From the NCBI GenBank assembly GCA_963765675.1, contig CAVXXK010000015.1, positions 32,001 through 96,000 on the forward strand: DNA of 64,000 bases, in the 5' to 3' direction. Positions 1 to 8,907 of the stretch are shown in pieces. Below the pieces are notes generated by a model. The model was not told the origin of the DNA and searched no databases. It saw nothing but the letters and a program-made list of their open reading frames with translations. A program made the translations under genes and the position numbers. Origin of the DNA: an uncultured delta proteobacterium (lineage in GTDB: Bacteria > Desulfobacterota > Binatia > Binatales > Binataceae). How positions within the stretch are numbered: position 1 is the stretch's first letter; the number at the start of each line of letters is the position of its first letter.

Positions 1-2
1 AT

Positions 3-476
3 CACGCGTTTCCGGATATCTTCGAGGTCGGATGCGCCGGCAGGATCCGTGATTTGGTGCGGCTCGAAGACGGACGCTACAACCTGATGCTCGAAGGATT
101 CGCCGAGTTTCGCGTGCTGCGCGAGATCCGCGAAAGAGCCTATCGGCAGGCGGAAGTGCGATGGTGCCCGGTCGAGCCCGGCGCGCTCGATTGCGACTTC
201 GAGACGATGGAGTCGCTGCGCGAGGTCTTGTTCAGCTATCTGGGCGATCCGGCCAGAGAGGCATGGCGCACAATCGTCGAGCAGCGTGGACTGCGCGGCG
301 CTGCGCTGATCAACTTCCTGTGCTTCCATCTGGACGTAAGTCCGATCGAGAAGCAGACCCTGCTCGAGGCCCTCTCGGGGAGGGTTGATTGTCTGCTCGA
401 CGTGCTTACATTTAAGCTCGAGGAACGGAAGCTCGGGCCGGTTGGATCGCGTGGCGGTCCAGACACGGTGCAGTAG
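3..476 (+). CDS. LON peptidase substrate-binding (LON-N) domain protein, 5'-truncated by window edge
   Basis: Frame is open from position 3 (HAFPDIFEVGCAGRIRDLVRLEDGRYNLMLEG..FRV) and has C-terminal EKQTLLEA..RVDCLL, typical of stand-alone LON-N proteins. Confidence 0.8.
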   Translation, partial: HAFPDIFEVGCAGRIRDLVRLEDGRYNLMLEGFAEFRVLREIRERAYRQAEVRWCPVEPGALDCDFETMESLREVLFSYLGDPAREAWRTIVEQRGLRGAALINFLCFHLDVSPIEKQTLLEALSGRVDCLLDVLTFKLEERKLGPVGSRGGPDTVQ

Positions 477-735
477 GAACCGGGCGCAGGAAGGGCAAGC
501 CGCCGGCTGCATCGCAACGTGGCAGATCTGCCACTTTTTGGATGCCGACACCGAATTGTTGCGCTCTTGTCGCAAACGGGTTAGCGCTGAAATGGAGTTT
601 TCGCGCTTTGCATAACGCGGAATCCTTCGCAGAACGCGAAGGCTTAGGCAAAAGCTCCAATAAGTAGCGGAGCTAATCCTTTCCGAAGCCCGCATATCTC
701 CTTAAATAAACTGTGTTCGCCGCGACGGCGAGCAG

Positions 736-752
736 CAGGCATAAGAATTGCT
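736..752 (+). promoter_or_regulatory. Putative sigma54 (-24/-12) promoter
   Basis: CAGGCATAAGAATTGCT: GG(738-739)-N10-GC(750-751) with GGCA and TTGC cores, about 90 bp upstream of ORF 843. Confidence 0.6.
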
Positions 753-842
753 GGTATGAAACGAACTTAATTGATTAACACCTCCGGCTCCTGCGCGTAG
801 TCTCTAAATTGACGCAGCAGGTCGGGTGGAGCGGAAAGTCGC

Positions 843-1277
843 ATGGAATGGGAAAACACAGCATTGGGATCACTCTTTGTACCCGACGTTTTAACGCCTG
901 AACAGTTTTACGACAGCCGCCGTGATGACAGCTCGATCCGGCCGGTCAAGAAGCTGATGATGGCGATTCTTGAGGACGCTTTGCGTTGCTTTCAGAACAA
1001 CGCCGACGCCAAGAACGGTTCGCGCAAGCGCCTGTTCCAGGAAGCTGAGCAGTGGCTCTGCGGAGAGGGCGGCGAAGGGCCGTTTTCGTTCGAGACGGTG
1101 TGCGAGACGCTCGGAATTGAGCCGGGGTTTCTGCGCAACGGACTGCGGGACTGGCGCAGCCAGCAGCTCGCGGGAATCTCGACGCGCCGGCTCGCGCGGC
1201 GTTCGCCGGTGGTCCGCAGCGGTCGAATCAGCGCGCCGTCACGGCGTGACGGCAAGCGCGCGGCCCGCGCCAACTAA
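843..1277 (+). CDS. Conserved hypothetical protein (144 aa)
   Basis: Ordered helical-looking sequence (KKLMMAILEDALRCFQ...EAEQWL...PFSFETVCETLGIEP..LR.GL) with a promoter upstream and a terminator downstream. Confidence 0.8.
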   Translation: MEWENTALGSLFVPDVLTPEQFYDSRRDDSSIRPVKKLMMAILEDALRCFQNNADAKNGSRKRLFQEAEQWLCGEGGEGPFSFETVCETLGIEPGFLRNGLRDWRSQQLAGISTRRLARRSPVVRSGRISAPSRRDGKRAARAN

Positions 1278-1326
1278 GGTAAGCGCAGGCAGCCTGCCGC
1301 TCAAGTAAAAATCGAAGATCGATAAA

Positions 1327-1370
1327 CGACGGCGCAGCGTGTTCACTTACACGCTGCGCCGTTGTGTTTC
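1327..1370. terminator. Hairpin between convergent genes, likely bidirectional intrinsic terminator
   Basis: Perfect 14-bp stem ACGGCGCAGCGTGT(1329-1342)/ACACGCTGCGCCGT(1349-1362), with AAA on the left and TGTGTTT on the right. Confidence 0.7.
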
Positions 1371-1448
1371 CGCTACGAAATTGGCGCGCGCGGCATCATG
1401 GCCGTAAGCAGAAGCTTACGCCACGATACCGTGGCCCAATTAAACCGG

Positions 1449-1892
1449 TTAATGGCTCGCAGGGGGTGCGGACGGTGGCGCCGTGCCGCCAGCCGCCGGT
1501 GCTCCCGCTCCAGGCGTGGCGCCGAGCTTAGGCGCGGCCTTCGGCACATAGCCCGCAGGCGGCGGAGGCACAAATCCCTTCGGCTGCTCCGCGACCCAAG
1601 CCATGCAGGCAGGAATGTCATCTTCGACGACAGACTCCTGGGCCATGATCTGCTGGTCGGTCCAGCCGTGGATCTTCTCTTCGTGAACTCCCGGACACTT
1701 AACCCTGAGGTTAAAGTCGCGAGCGACTCGCGAAGAATCCGCGCTGGCCGTCTGCTGACCTGCCCCGCTGCTGCCCGCCGCTGCACCCGTCGTGGTACCG
1801 GCGCTGCTGCTGCTGCCGCTGGTGCTTGCGCATCCCGCGGCGAACACAATTGCCAGCCCACCGGCCAGCAACATCCCAATCGTGCGTCTCAT
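1449..1892 (-). CDS. Hypothetical lipoprotein
   Basis: AGGAGG RBS before ATG 1892; signal MRRTIGMLLAGGLAIVFAAGC with lipobox; two further Cys; Pro/Ala-rich tail. Confidence 0.75.
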   Translation of the reverse strand: MRRTIGMLLAGGLAIVFAAGCASTSGSSSSAGTTTGAAAGSSGAGQQTASADSSRVARDFNLRVKCPGVHEEKIHGWTDQQIMAQESVVEDDIPACMAWVAEQPKGFVPPPPAGYVPKAAPKLGATPGAGAPAAGGTAPPSAPPASH

Positions 1893-2017
1893 GGCATCCT
1901 CCTTCACTCTGGGGGCCTCCCCCGATAACTAGGCCCGCAACGGCCGATCCGCCACCCAAGTCAAAGCAGCGTCAAAATACACCTAATGAAAAATTTAGCA
2001 AACCCCTAGTAACATAA

Positions 2018-3022
2018 TTATAAGGCTTGGAAAAGCACCCGATTATCACGCTCGACTTTACGGGCGCGCCCCTCGATCCGGGCATACTCGAGATGCGCCA
2101 GGGTTTCAAAGGTCGCCGCCATCACGTGAAAGATCGGTCTCTCTTCGCCGCCGAAGACTTGTTGCGCCACCTCGAACGCGGTCTGTGGTTTATTGCGCAC
2201 CAGGTCGAGCATCTCGGCCTCGCGGTAACGATGATGCTCGATGATCTGGTTGGCGCGATGCCGATGGTCCTGATAGACGCCGCCGTGCGCGGGCAGAATG
2301 AGTTCGGCGTCGAAGCGCTGAACTTTTTTTTGTGAATCGATAAAGTCGCCGAGCGGATTCGCGCTCGCGTCGGCGTCGGGATAAATTCCGACGTGCGGTG
2401 TGATCTTCGGCAGCAAGTGATCACCAACGATCATCACCTTTTCCTTGCGCAAATATATTACGTTGTGTCCTGGCGAGTGACCCGGCGTCCAGATGACCTC
2501 GAACTCGCGATCGCCAACCTTGATCACGTCGCCGTCGTCGATGAAATGATCCGGCTCGGTCACCGGAAAATACATCTCCGTGCCCATCCACGCGGGCCGC
2601 ATCCCGGCCGAGGAATGCTCGGCGATCGGAAAGCCGTGCTTTTCGAAGAACGGCCGCGACTCCGGACGATCGGTCGGCCCCATCTTCCCGAAAAACAGCA
2701 TCCGACCGGCGCGCGCCGCTTCCAGCCGATGAATGTGCGTCACCGCGTGGCTGCGGCGGCGAATCTCTCCGGACGCGCCGAAGTGATCGATATGATGATG
2801 CGTCGCGATGAGGGTATCGAGATCTTCGAGCTTGATCCCGACTTGCGCAAAAGCGTCTTCGAGCGTGGCGATACTGTCCGGGGAATTCATCCCCGTGTCG
2901 ATCAGCGCCCAGGCGCCGTGACAATCGACCAGGTACACATTGATGATCGTCGGCCGCATCGGAAGCGGCAGAAAGATCTCGTAGATACCGGGATGAACCT
3001 CGACGATTTTTGATGCCATCAA
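2018..3022 (-). CDS. MBL-fold metallo-hydrolase with C-terminal winged helix (LACTB2-like)
   Basis: LIDTG, THHHIDH (HxHxDH), TPGHSPGH, VGDH and PAHG motifs. Confidence 0.9.
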   Translation of the reverse strand: MMASKIVEVHPGIYEIFLPLPMRPTIINVYLVDCHGAWALIDTGMNSPDSIATLEDAFAQVGIKLEDLDTLIATHHHIDHFGASGEIRRRSHAVTHIHRLEAARAGRMLFFGKMGPTDRPESRPFFEKHGFPIAEHSSAGMRPAWMGTEMYFPVTEPDHFIDDGDVIKVGDREFEVIWTPGHSPGHNVIYLRKEKVMIVGDHLLPKITPHVGIYPDADASANPLGDFIDSQKKVQRFDAELILPAHGGVYQDHRHRANQIIEHHRYREAEMLDLVRNKPQTAFEVAQQVFGGEERPIFHVMAATFETLAHLEYARIEGRARKVERDNRVLFQAL

Positions 3023-3115
3023 CTTCTCAGTGGCTGGCTTCGCTGAACTTGAGGTTCTTGCGATCCGCCGCCGGTTGCGAGCCCTGGCGCGTGCGCGCGG
3101 CTTGGTCGCGGCGCG

Positions 3116-3328
3116 TCACTCGTGCAACTCATCCTTGATCTGAAAGGTCGCCTTGATTCTTACTTTCCAGCGCACGACCTTGCTGTTCTCGACCGCGGCG
3201 GAAACGTCTTCGACGTGCACGCTGTGGATGCCCGAGATGGTCACCCCCGCGCGCGCCACCGCGATCTGGACAGCATCCTCGAGCGAGTTGGACGAGATGC
3301 CGGTTAGCTCGATGGTTTTTTCGACCAT
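3116..3328 (-). CDS. Dodecin family flavin-binding protein
   Basis: 70 aa, KTIELTGISSNSLEDAVQIAVARA...WKVRIKATF pattern. Confidence 0.85.
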   Translation of the reverse strand: MVEKTIELTGISSNSLEDAVQIAVARAGVTISGIHSVHVEDVSAAVENSKVVRWKVRIKATFQIKDELHE

Positions 3329-3521
3329 AATTTTTGAGCTCTGCCGCCTTCCGCACGCATGGCAGAATTGACGCGCTTACGGACGCGGCGCTACGCTCCT
3401 CTATGCGTGGTGATTAGCGCACGCGGCCCTGCGAAACAAGGTGACTGGCCGCGCGCTCACCAAACCGCGACACGCAGATCCCGCATCCAACACGCTCTAC
3501 CGGAGACGCCGCCGCGCAAAC

Positions 3522-4601
3522 ATGCCAGTGAAAATCGAATCGCCTGACGATCAGAACGGCCTCACCGAATTCATAAGCTTCGCCGACCGAGTGCGCCCCG
3601 AGCTCTCCGCCCGGTGGCCGGCGGCGGCCGACATGCAGTTACCGATGCTGATGGGCTTGTCGGCATTTATCGCGGGCAAGCCGCTGCGCGCGTTCGTTGC
3701 GCGCGAGAACGGCGAGATCGTCGCCCGAGTCGCGGCGCTGCTCGATCCCGCATACGCAGAGCGCTGGGGCGAAAAGCTCGGGCACCTGATGTTCTTCGAG
3801 GCCGCGGCCGGCGCGTCCGCCGCCGCCCGCGCCGTGATGGACGCAGCCTCGGAATGGTTGCGCGGCCAGGGCGCCATTGCTGCACGCAGCGGCTTCTACC
3901 TGCCGCTCGATATGCCGTTCGTGATCGACGAGTACGACGCGCTGCCGCCGAACATGATGCGCCAGAACCCGGACTACTATCATTCGATGATCAAAGACGC
4001 GGGCTTCTTCTGCGAGAAGGGGATGGTCGATTACAAAATCGAAGTTACACCGGAATTGATCGCGCGCTACCGCAGCGCCCTCGAGGCTGCGCTGCGCGGC
4101 GGGTTCGAGCTGGTGACGCTTGCCGACATTGCGCAGGAAAAGCGCGCCGCCGAATTTGGTCCTGCATTCAACGAAGCGTTCTACAACCATTGGGGCTATG
4201 TCGTCGCGAGCCAGGACGCGATGGCCGAGATGATGATTTTCGTCGAGTTGATGGGCGGGCTGGACACCTCGATTTGCGCGTATCAAAACGGCGAGGTTGT
4301 CGGCACGCTGATGGTCGCGCCCGAGGAGACCGCGCACGCGATCCTGCGGCCGGGCAGGGTGCTCAAGGATTCGGAGAAGCTCAATTTTCTCGGCATCGGA
4401 GTGCGCGAGCCTGCGCGTGGACGCGGACTGAACCTCGCGATGGCGGCGCAGACGTACCTGAAGCTGATCGATCGCGGCGCGAAGTATCTTAGCTACACGC
4501 TCGTCGTCGACGACAACTGGCCCTCGCGCCGCACCGCGGAGAAGCTCGGCGCGAAAGTCTGCGCGAACTACGTCGTATACCGCCGCGACTTCCGGGCATA
4601 G
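3522..4601 (+). CDS. Tandem GNAT-fold protein (YghO-like N-acetyltransferase)
   Basis: FVARENGEIVARVAA, GHLMFFE, NPDYY and acetyl-CoA motif GVREPARGRGL; start moved to ATG 3522. Confidence 0.7.
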   Translation: MPVKIESPDDQNGLTEFISFADRVRPELSARWPAAADMQLPMLMGLSAFIAGKPLRAFVARENGEIVARVAALLDPAYAERWGEKLGHLMFFEAAAGASAAARAVMDAASEWLRGQGAIAARSGFYLPLDMPFVIDEYDALPPNMMRQNPDYYHSMIKDAGFFCEKGMVDYKIEVTPELIARYRSALEAALRGGFELVTLADIAQEKRAAEFGPAFNEAFYNHWGYVVASQDAMAEMMIFVELMGGLDTSICAYQNGEVVGTLMVAPEETAHAILRPGRVLKDSEKLNFLGIGVREPARGRGLNLAMAAQTYLKLIDRGAKYLSYTLVVDDNWPSRRTAEKLGAKVCANYVVYRRDFRA

Positions 4602-4604
4602 CGG

Positions 4605-5645
4605 TTGCCCGCGCGGCGCCGATTGATCGTGGCCTGGTGCCTTGTCGTTCTTGTGCTGTTGGCAGGATGCTCGACCGCGAACCGTTCGGGAGTCTGCACG
4701 CCCTATGGTGATCCGCCGGCGACCGTAAGCGGCGCCGATATCCCCGATTGCCGCGATGGCACGCGCATGGGTCCGTGGCGCGATTCGGACGGGACCGATC
4801 GCTACGCCTGCCTATGGAGTCCAGCCGCCCCGATGCCGGGCACTCAGCTCCCATTGATCGTTTTTCTGCACGGCGCGCCCGCGGATGCGGCCCAGGCGGT
4901 CGATACGGGATTAACCCGCCTCGTGAGCAGCGCGGAATTGAGCGGCGATCCCGCGCGGCCCGGCTTTTTCTTGCTCTCGATCCAGGGACGCGACATCTCA
5001 CATTACTATCCGCTCGGCGCCGCGAGCGGCACAGGATGGGACAACTGGTATCGCCAACTCCAACCCAAGGATACGAATTCAGAAAATGCCGATGCCGCTG
5101 CAATCGATCACTTCATCGAGGCGATGTCAGCGACCGGTAAGGTTGATCCTAAACGGATCTATCTCAGCGGATTTTCGAACGGTGGTGCGATGGCGATCCT
5201 ATATGCGCTCAGCCGCAAAGGCATCGCGGCGGTGGCGGTCTATTCGGCGCCCGACCCATCGGCATATGCGACCGACGCTTGCCGGCAGGTTCCGGTAGCG
5301 CGCGCGGCAAGCGACGATACTGAATATCAAATCCTGAATCCCAAGGTTCCTATCTATGAGGTACACAACGGATGCGACCTCGGCGCAATGTGCCCGAACA
5401 TCGAGCGGATGATCGCACGGCTGCGAGCCTCAGGCGTATCGGTCAATGATCAGATCATCGGATCGGAGAGTGATCCGACCAATCCTGCCAATCAGCAATC
5501 CGCCTCCGAGTGCTTTTCCTATTGCGGTACCGACCCTGACAACGCCTACCATCTTGTCGGCCTTTCAAATCACAATCGATGGCCCACCGAATGGACTCAG
5601 TCGATGCTCGATTTTCTCGCTGCGCATCCGCTCAAGACGCAGTGA
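4605..5645 (+). CDS. Lipoprotein alpha/beta-hydrolase (PHB-depolymerase/LpqC-like esterase)
   Basis: LLAGC lipobox, PLIVFLHG oxyanion motif, VDPKRIYLSGFSNGG nucleophile elbow, C-terminal H..W. Confidence 0.8.
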   Translation: MPARRRLIVAWCLVVLVLLAGCSTANRSGVCTPYGDPPATVSGADIPDCRDGTRMGPWRDSDGTDRYACLWSPAAPMPGTQLPLIVFLHGAPADAAQAVDTGLTRLVSSAELSGDPARPGFFLLSIQGRDISHYYPLGAASGTGWDNWYRQLQPKDTNSENADAAAIDHFIEAMSATGKVDPKRIYLSGFSNGGAMAILYALSRKGIAAVAVYSAPDPSAYATDACRQVPVARAASDDTEYQILNPKVPIYEVHNGCDLGAMCPNIERMIARLRASGVSVNDQIIGSESDPTNPANQQSASECFSYCGTDPDNAYHLVGLSNHNRWPTEWTQSMLDFLAAHPLKTQ

Positions 5646-5830
5646 CCCGTTGATCGAGAAGAGACCTGCGGGACGCCCGTCCTCCTAAGAAACAGGATGA
5701 GGATTCGTGGCATCGGTCCGCCGGGATGGGGCAGCGCGGCCTTCCACTGCGATTTATCCGCACATACAGACGACGCTTCGCGTCAGCCGACGGGCCGTCG
5801 GCAGCCACTGGCAGAATCAAGATAGAGGTC

Positions 5831-5981
5831 GGTAGAGTCGGCGTCCCGCCGGCCGTCACTGCGCGCCGCGCGAGAGCCTATCGTGAGCGAAGCCGAAGGA
5901 TATCCCGGACGAAGGGCCTCTGCATGTGGTGTTGGGGTGAAGCATGGACGCCTCGGGATTTCTCCCTTCGGTCGAAATGAC
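5831..5981. repeat. Cluster of REP-like palindromic elements
   Basis: GTAG-headed hairpin GGTAGAGTCGGCGTCCCGCCGGC (5831-5853); GTCAT-type element on the minus strand GTCATTTCGACCGAAGGGAGAAATC (5981-5957); degenerate GAGCGAAGCCGAAGGA between them. Confidence 0.5.
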
Positions 5982-5998
5982 GGCCGCGGGATCGGCTG

Positions 5999-6073
5999 AG
6001 ACTACGATGCTCATCGCCTCACACACTTTCATGGCAGACTACGATAGTCATCGCCCCCACACACTTTCATCGC
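5999..6073. repeat. Imperfect 37/38-bp tandem duplication
   Basis: AGACTACGATGCTCATCGCCTCACACACTTTCATGGC followed by AGACTACGATAGTCATCGCCCCCACACACTTTCATCGC. Confidence 0.75.
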
Positions 6074-6148
6074 AGGATGACGGACAAGAACTCGCCATTT
6101 GTCGACAGCCTCTACTGGGCGAGGGATCAGACAGCGGGAACATCATTC

Positions 6149-6187
6149 AAAAAAAACGGCGCGGCGATTTTTTGCCGCGCCGTTTTT
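6149..6187 (-). terminator. Intrinsic terminator of the Rieske gene (bidirectional-looking)
   Basis: A8-CGGCGCGGC / GCCGCGCCG-T5 hairpin about 12 bp past the stop codon at 6200. Confidence 0.85.
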
Positions 6188-6199
6188 GAGAATCTGTGT

Positions 6200-6811
6200 T
6201 CAGACGACTTTCAGGATGCTTTGGGGATATTGCTCGTTGGGGTCGACGCCCGGCGCCATCTCGTAGAGCACCGATTTGTCCACCACCAGTTGGCCGTCGT
6301 CACCCACATAGATCTTGAAGCGATCCATCGGGCGCGGCGCAGGTCCTTCGAAATTCAAACCGCTGATGTAATAGCCCGAGCCGTGGCATGGGCACTTGAA
6401 CTTCTGCTCGGCCTTGAGCCATCGCGGAGTGCATCCGAGATGTGTGCACTTGGCGAAGATTGCGTAGAACCCGGCCTTGGTGCGGATGATCCAGGTGCGG
6501 AAATCCTGCTTGTACTTTTCGCTGACTTCGCCGACGACGTAATCGCTCGGGAAGCCGGCTTTGAATTTCGACGGCGGCAGGAACAGCACACGCGGAAATG
6601 CCGAACGTACCGCGGCGAGCAACCCGATGGTCGTTACGGCGCCGAAGCCGCCCCATCCGAGGCGTCCCAGAAAGTCGCGCCGGCTCCATAGCGAGCCGAT
6701 CTCCGCTTTTTCCTTGTCGCGTTTGGCGCGTTCGCGCGCCTGCTCGTCGGCGCGCCACTTCGCCAATTCAGCTGGATCGGTTGGAGCTTTGCCTTTAGAT
6801 GCCGCAGCCAT
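6200..6811 (-). CDS. Cytochrome bc/b6f-type Rieske iron-sulfur subunit (PetC/QcrA-like)
   Basis: Tat motif SRRDFL plus TM helix; CTHLGC and CPCHGS boxes; GPAPRPM. Confidence 0.92.
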   Translation of the reverse strand: MAAASKGKAPTDPAELAKWRADEQARERAKRDKEKAEIGSLWSRRDFLGRLGWGGFGAVTTIGLLAAVRSAFPRVLFLPPSKFKAGFPSDYVVGEVSEKYKQDFRTWIIRTKAGFYAIFAKCTHLGCTPRWLKAEQKFKCPCHGSGYYISGLNFEGPAPRPMDRFKIYVGDDGQLVVDKSVLYEMAPGVDPNEQYPQSILKVV

Positions 6812-6970
6812 TTGAAAACCTCATGGCCTCCGAGTCGGGGCAAGCCGGATTAGGCGCGCCCATTTACTAAGACGTTAGCGATTAGCAGAAATTCTAACCT
6901 TGCGAGGCAGATGATTTCAAGGAAGCCGCATTCCCGCAAAAAGAAATGGTTTGATCAAACGGTAAACAGC

Positions 6971-7408
6971 CTAATGCAAAGCGGGCTGACCCGAGGGGGC
7001 CGCTCCCGGCGCGGCTGCACTTGGCGGCGCGGCCGGAGTGACCGGAGGAAGCGGCTGAAGCGGAACAATGACGACATCGTGATGCGGGGTGCCCGAGTTA
7101 TCGGTCATTTGGTCGGGCGGCGGCAACTCGGCGATCGGCGGAACGGTCAGCTTCTCGCTGTCGGTGTTGGCGCCCAGTACGGGCGCAAGGAAGGTATCGG
7201 TTGCGAGGTAATGGAGAGGACGCGCGATGCCCCATTCGAGCGCGAAGCCTATTGGCGCAACGACATAGCTCAGAAGCTTCAGCGGCTGCGAATCGTCGTC
7301 GGTGTACTCTTGGGGGTTCTGCTTATCGAGGTCCGAATATTGCGCGTGCGCAAAACTCGGCGCACACAATATCAAAACCGCGCCCAGGAATATTGCTGCT
7401 CGCCGCAT
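6971..7408 (-). CDS. Hypothetical exported/membrane protein
   Basis: Signal peptide MRRAAIFLGAVLILCAPSFAHA, amphipathic segment APIGFALEWGIARPLHYL, Pro-rich tail. Confidence 0.7.
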   Translation of the reverse strand: MRRAAIFLGAVLILCAPSFAHAQYSDLDKQNPQEYTDDDSQPLKLLSYVVAPIGFALEWGIARPLHYLATDTFLAPVLGANTDSEKLTVPPIAELPPPDQMTDNSGTPHHDVVIVPLQPLPPVTPAAPPSAAAPGAAPSGQPALH

Positions 7409-7506
7409 GGCCTAGACTCTGTCCTCGATTCCTCGATCTGTCAACCATCCAAGGCCTGGGCAGCGCGTGCTTGCGTTCATCGTCCACGCCGCGCAATCTT
7501 ACCGCA

Positions 7507-8892
7507 ATGCGATCGCGACCGGGGAGATTACTGGATGCAGGCGTAGGGGCGGCGATACTGGCGGTCGCGTTTCTGATTTCGGCGCTGGCGCCCGGGCGAG
7601 CCGACGCCGCCGCCAGCACAGCCGCCGCAGGCTCGATCACTTATATAGGCACCGACAACAACATCTATTATTGCGCCACCGGATGCGCCAAGCCCGATTG
7701 TCTGACCTGCCCGATCGCGGGCGAGCAGGTGCGCCGCGATGGTTCCGGTTCGATACGCGCCGCAGCATTTCGGGCTGTCCAGGAGCCGGAGGAACCCGAG
7801 CAACCGCGGTCGGCGAGCCAATACGGATGGCCGACGTTCTCGCCCGACGCGACACGTATCGCCTATTCATCGATCACGCGCGGACACGCCGGAGTCAGCT
7901 TTGGGCTCTGGGTGTATGATCTCAAAAAACGCGAGGCGATCCAGATCTTCGCGAGCAAACGTGAACAAATCGATTACATCTATTGGCTTCCCGACGGCCA
8001 GCATATCTCGTTTCTACTGAACGAGCCCGAAGGACTTTCGCTGATGATCGCGGAGGTCAAGGAGCATGCTCCGATCCGGATCGTTATGACCGGCATGCCG
8101 GTGTACTTCGCGTGGGGACCGTCGCCCGGGCTTCTGGCGGTGCATATGTCGAGCGGCGAAGATCCTGAGTCGAGTGAGCGGGTTGAGCTGATCGCGCTGT
8201 CGGACACAAATCAGGTGGTGAACAAGGTGCTCTCGCGCGGACGTTCTCCGTTCAAGACGCCGTGCTGGTCGCCTGACGGAAAGCATCTGGCGTGGATCGC
8301 GAACAATCACGCCGAGGCGAATCTGGTCGTAGCCGACGCCGACGGGCAGCATCCGCGCTCGATGGTCAGCCTGCCGATTGGTGACACAAGTTTCGAGTGG
8401 TCGCCGGATTCGCGGCATATCGCGTACGCGACGACGGTGATTCCGCACGATCCAACGTTCCACGAAATCAAGCTGGTGGATATCAGTGATGCAACTTCGC
8501 GGACGCTGACCAAGGACACGGTCGCGGCATACTTTTTCTCGCCTGACGCGCGCTACCTTGCGTATATCTCGGTTCCGGAAGACAAGCCGTTCTACACCTG
8601 GGAGCTGATCGACCTTAGGAGCGCAAAGATCCGCTCGTTGGGTAATTTCATCTCGACGCAGGAAGAGTCAGTCTCTTACCGTTTCTTCGATCAGCTCGCG
8701 TTGTCGCACAGCACCTGGTCGCCTGATTCGAAAGCGATCCTTTATGCTGGCGTGCGGTTGCTGGCCGAGCCGACCCAAGCGCTCCACCTCGCGCCGCCGC
8801 CATCGGTGTGGAGCGTTCCAATTGACGGCAGCGCGCCGCACTCGATCGGCGAAGGCGTGGTCGGCTTCTACGCGCCAGTGGCAGCCAAGTAG
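7507..8892 (+). CDS. Secreted TolB-like (PD40/WD40) beta-propeller protein
   Basis: Repeated P.(F/W)SPDG/S..IA(Y/W) blades; signal peptide after ATG 7507 (start uncertain); N-terminal C-x3-C-x4-C-x2-C cluster. Confidence 0.8.
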   Translation: MRSRPGRLLDAGVGAAILAVAFLISALAPGRADAAASTAAAGSITYIGTDNNIYYCATGCAKPDCLTCPIAGEQVRRDGSGSIRAAAFRAVQEPEEPEQPRSASQYGWPTFSPDATRIAYSSITRGHAGVSFGLWVYDLKKREAIQIFASKREQIDYIYWLPDGQHISFLLNEPEGLSLMIAEVKEHAPIRIVMTGMPVYFAWGPSPGLLAVHMSSGEDPESSERVELIALSDTNQVVNKVLSRGRSPFKTPCWSPDGKHLAWIANNHAEANLVVADADGQHPRSMVSLPIGDTSFEWSPDSRHIAYATTVIPHDPTFHEIKLVDISDATSRTLTKDTVAAYFFSPDARYLAYISVPEDKPFYTWELIDLRSAKIRSLGNFISTQEESVSYRFFDQLALSHSTWSPDSKAILYAGVRLLAEPTQALHLAPPPSVWSVPIDGSAPHSIGEGVVGFYAPVAAK

Positions 8893-8907
8893 TCCGCCGC
8901 GGGTTCC

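Noticed and set aside
5999-6073. 37-bp repeat as a mini CRISPR array
   Set aside because: Only two abutting, imperfect units with no spacer, and no cas genes in the window
5944-6189. 81-aa ORF across the repeat patch
   Set aside because: Runs through repeat elements and the terminator, with no recognisable protein features
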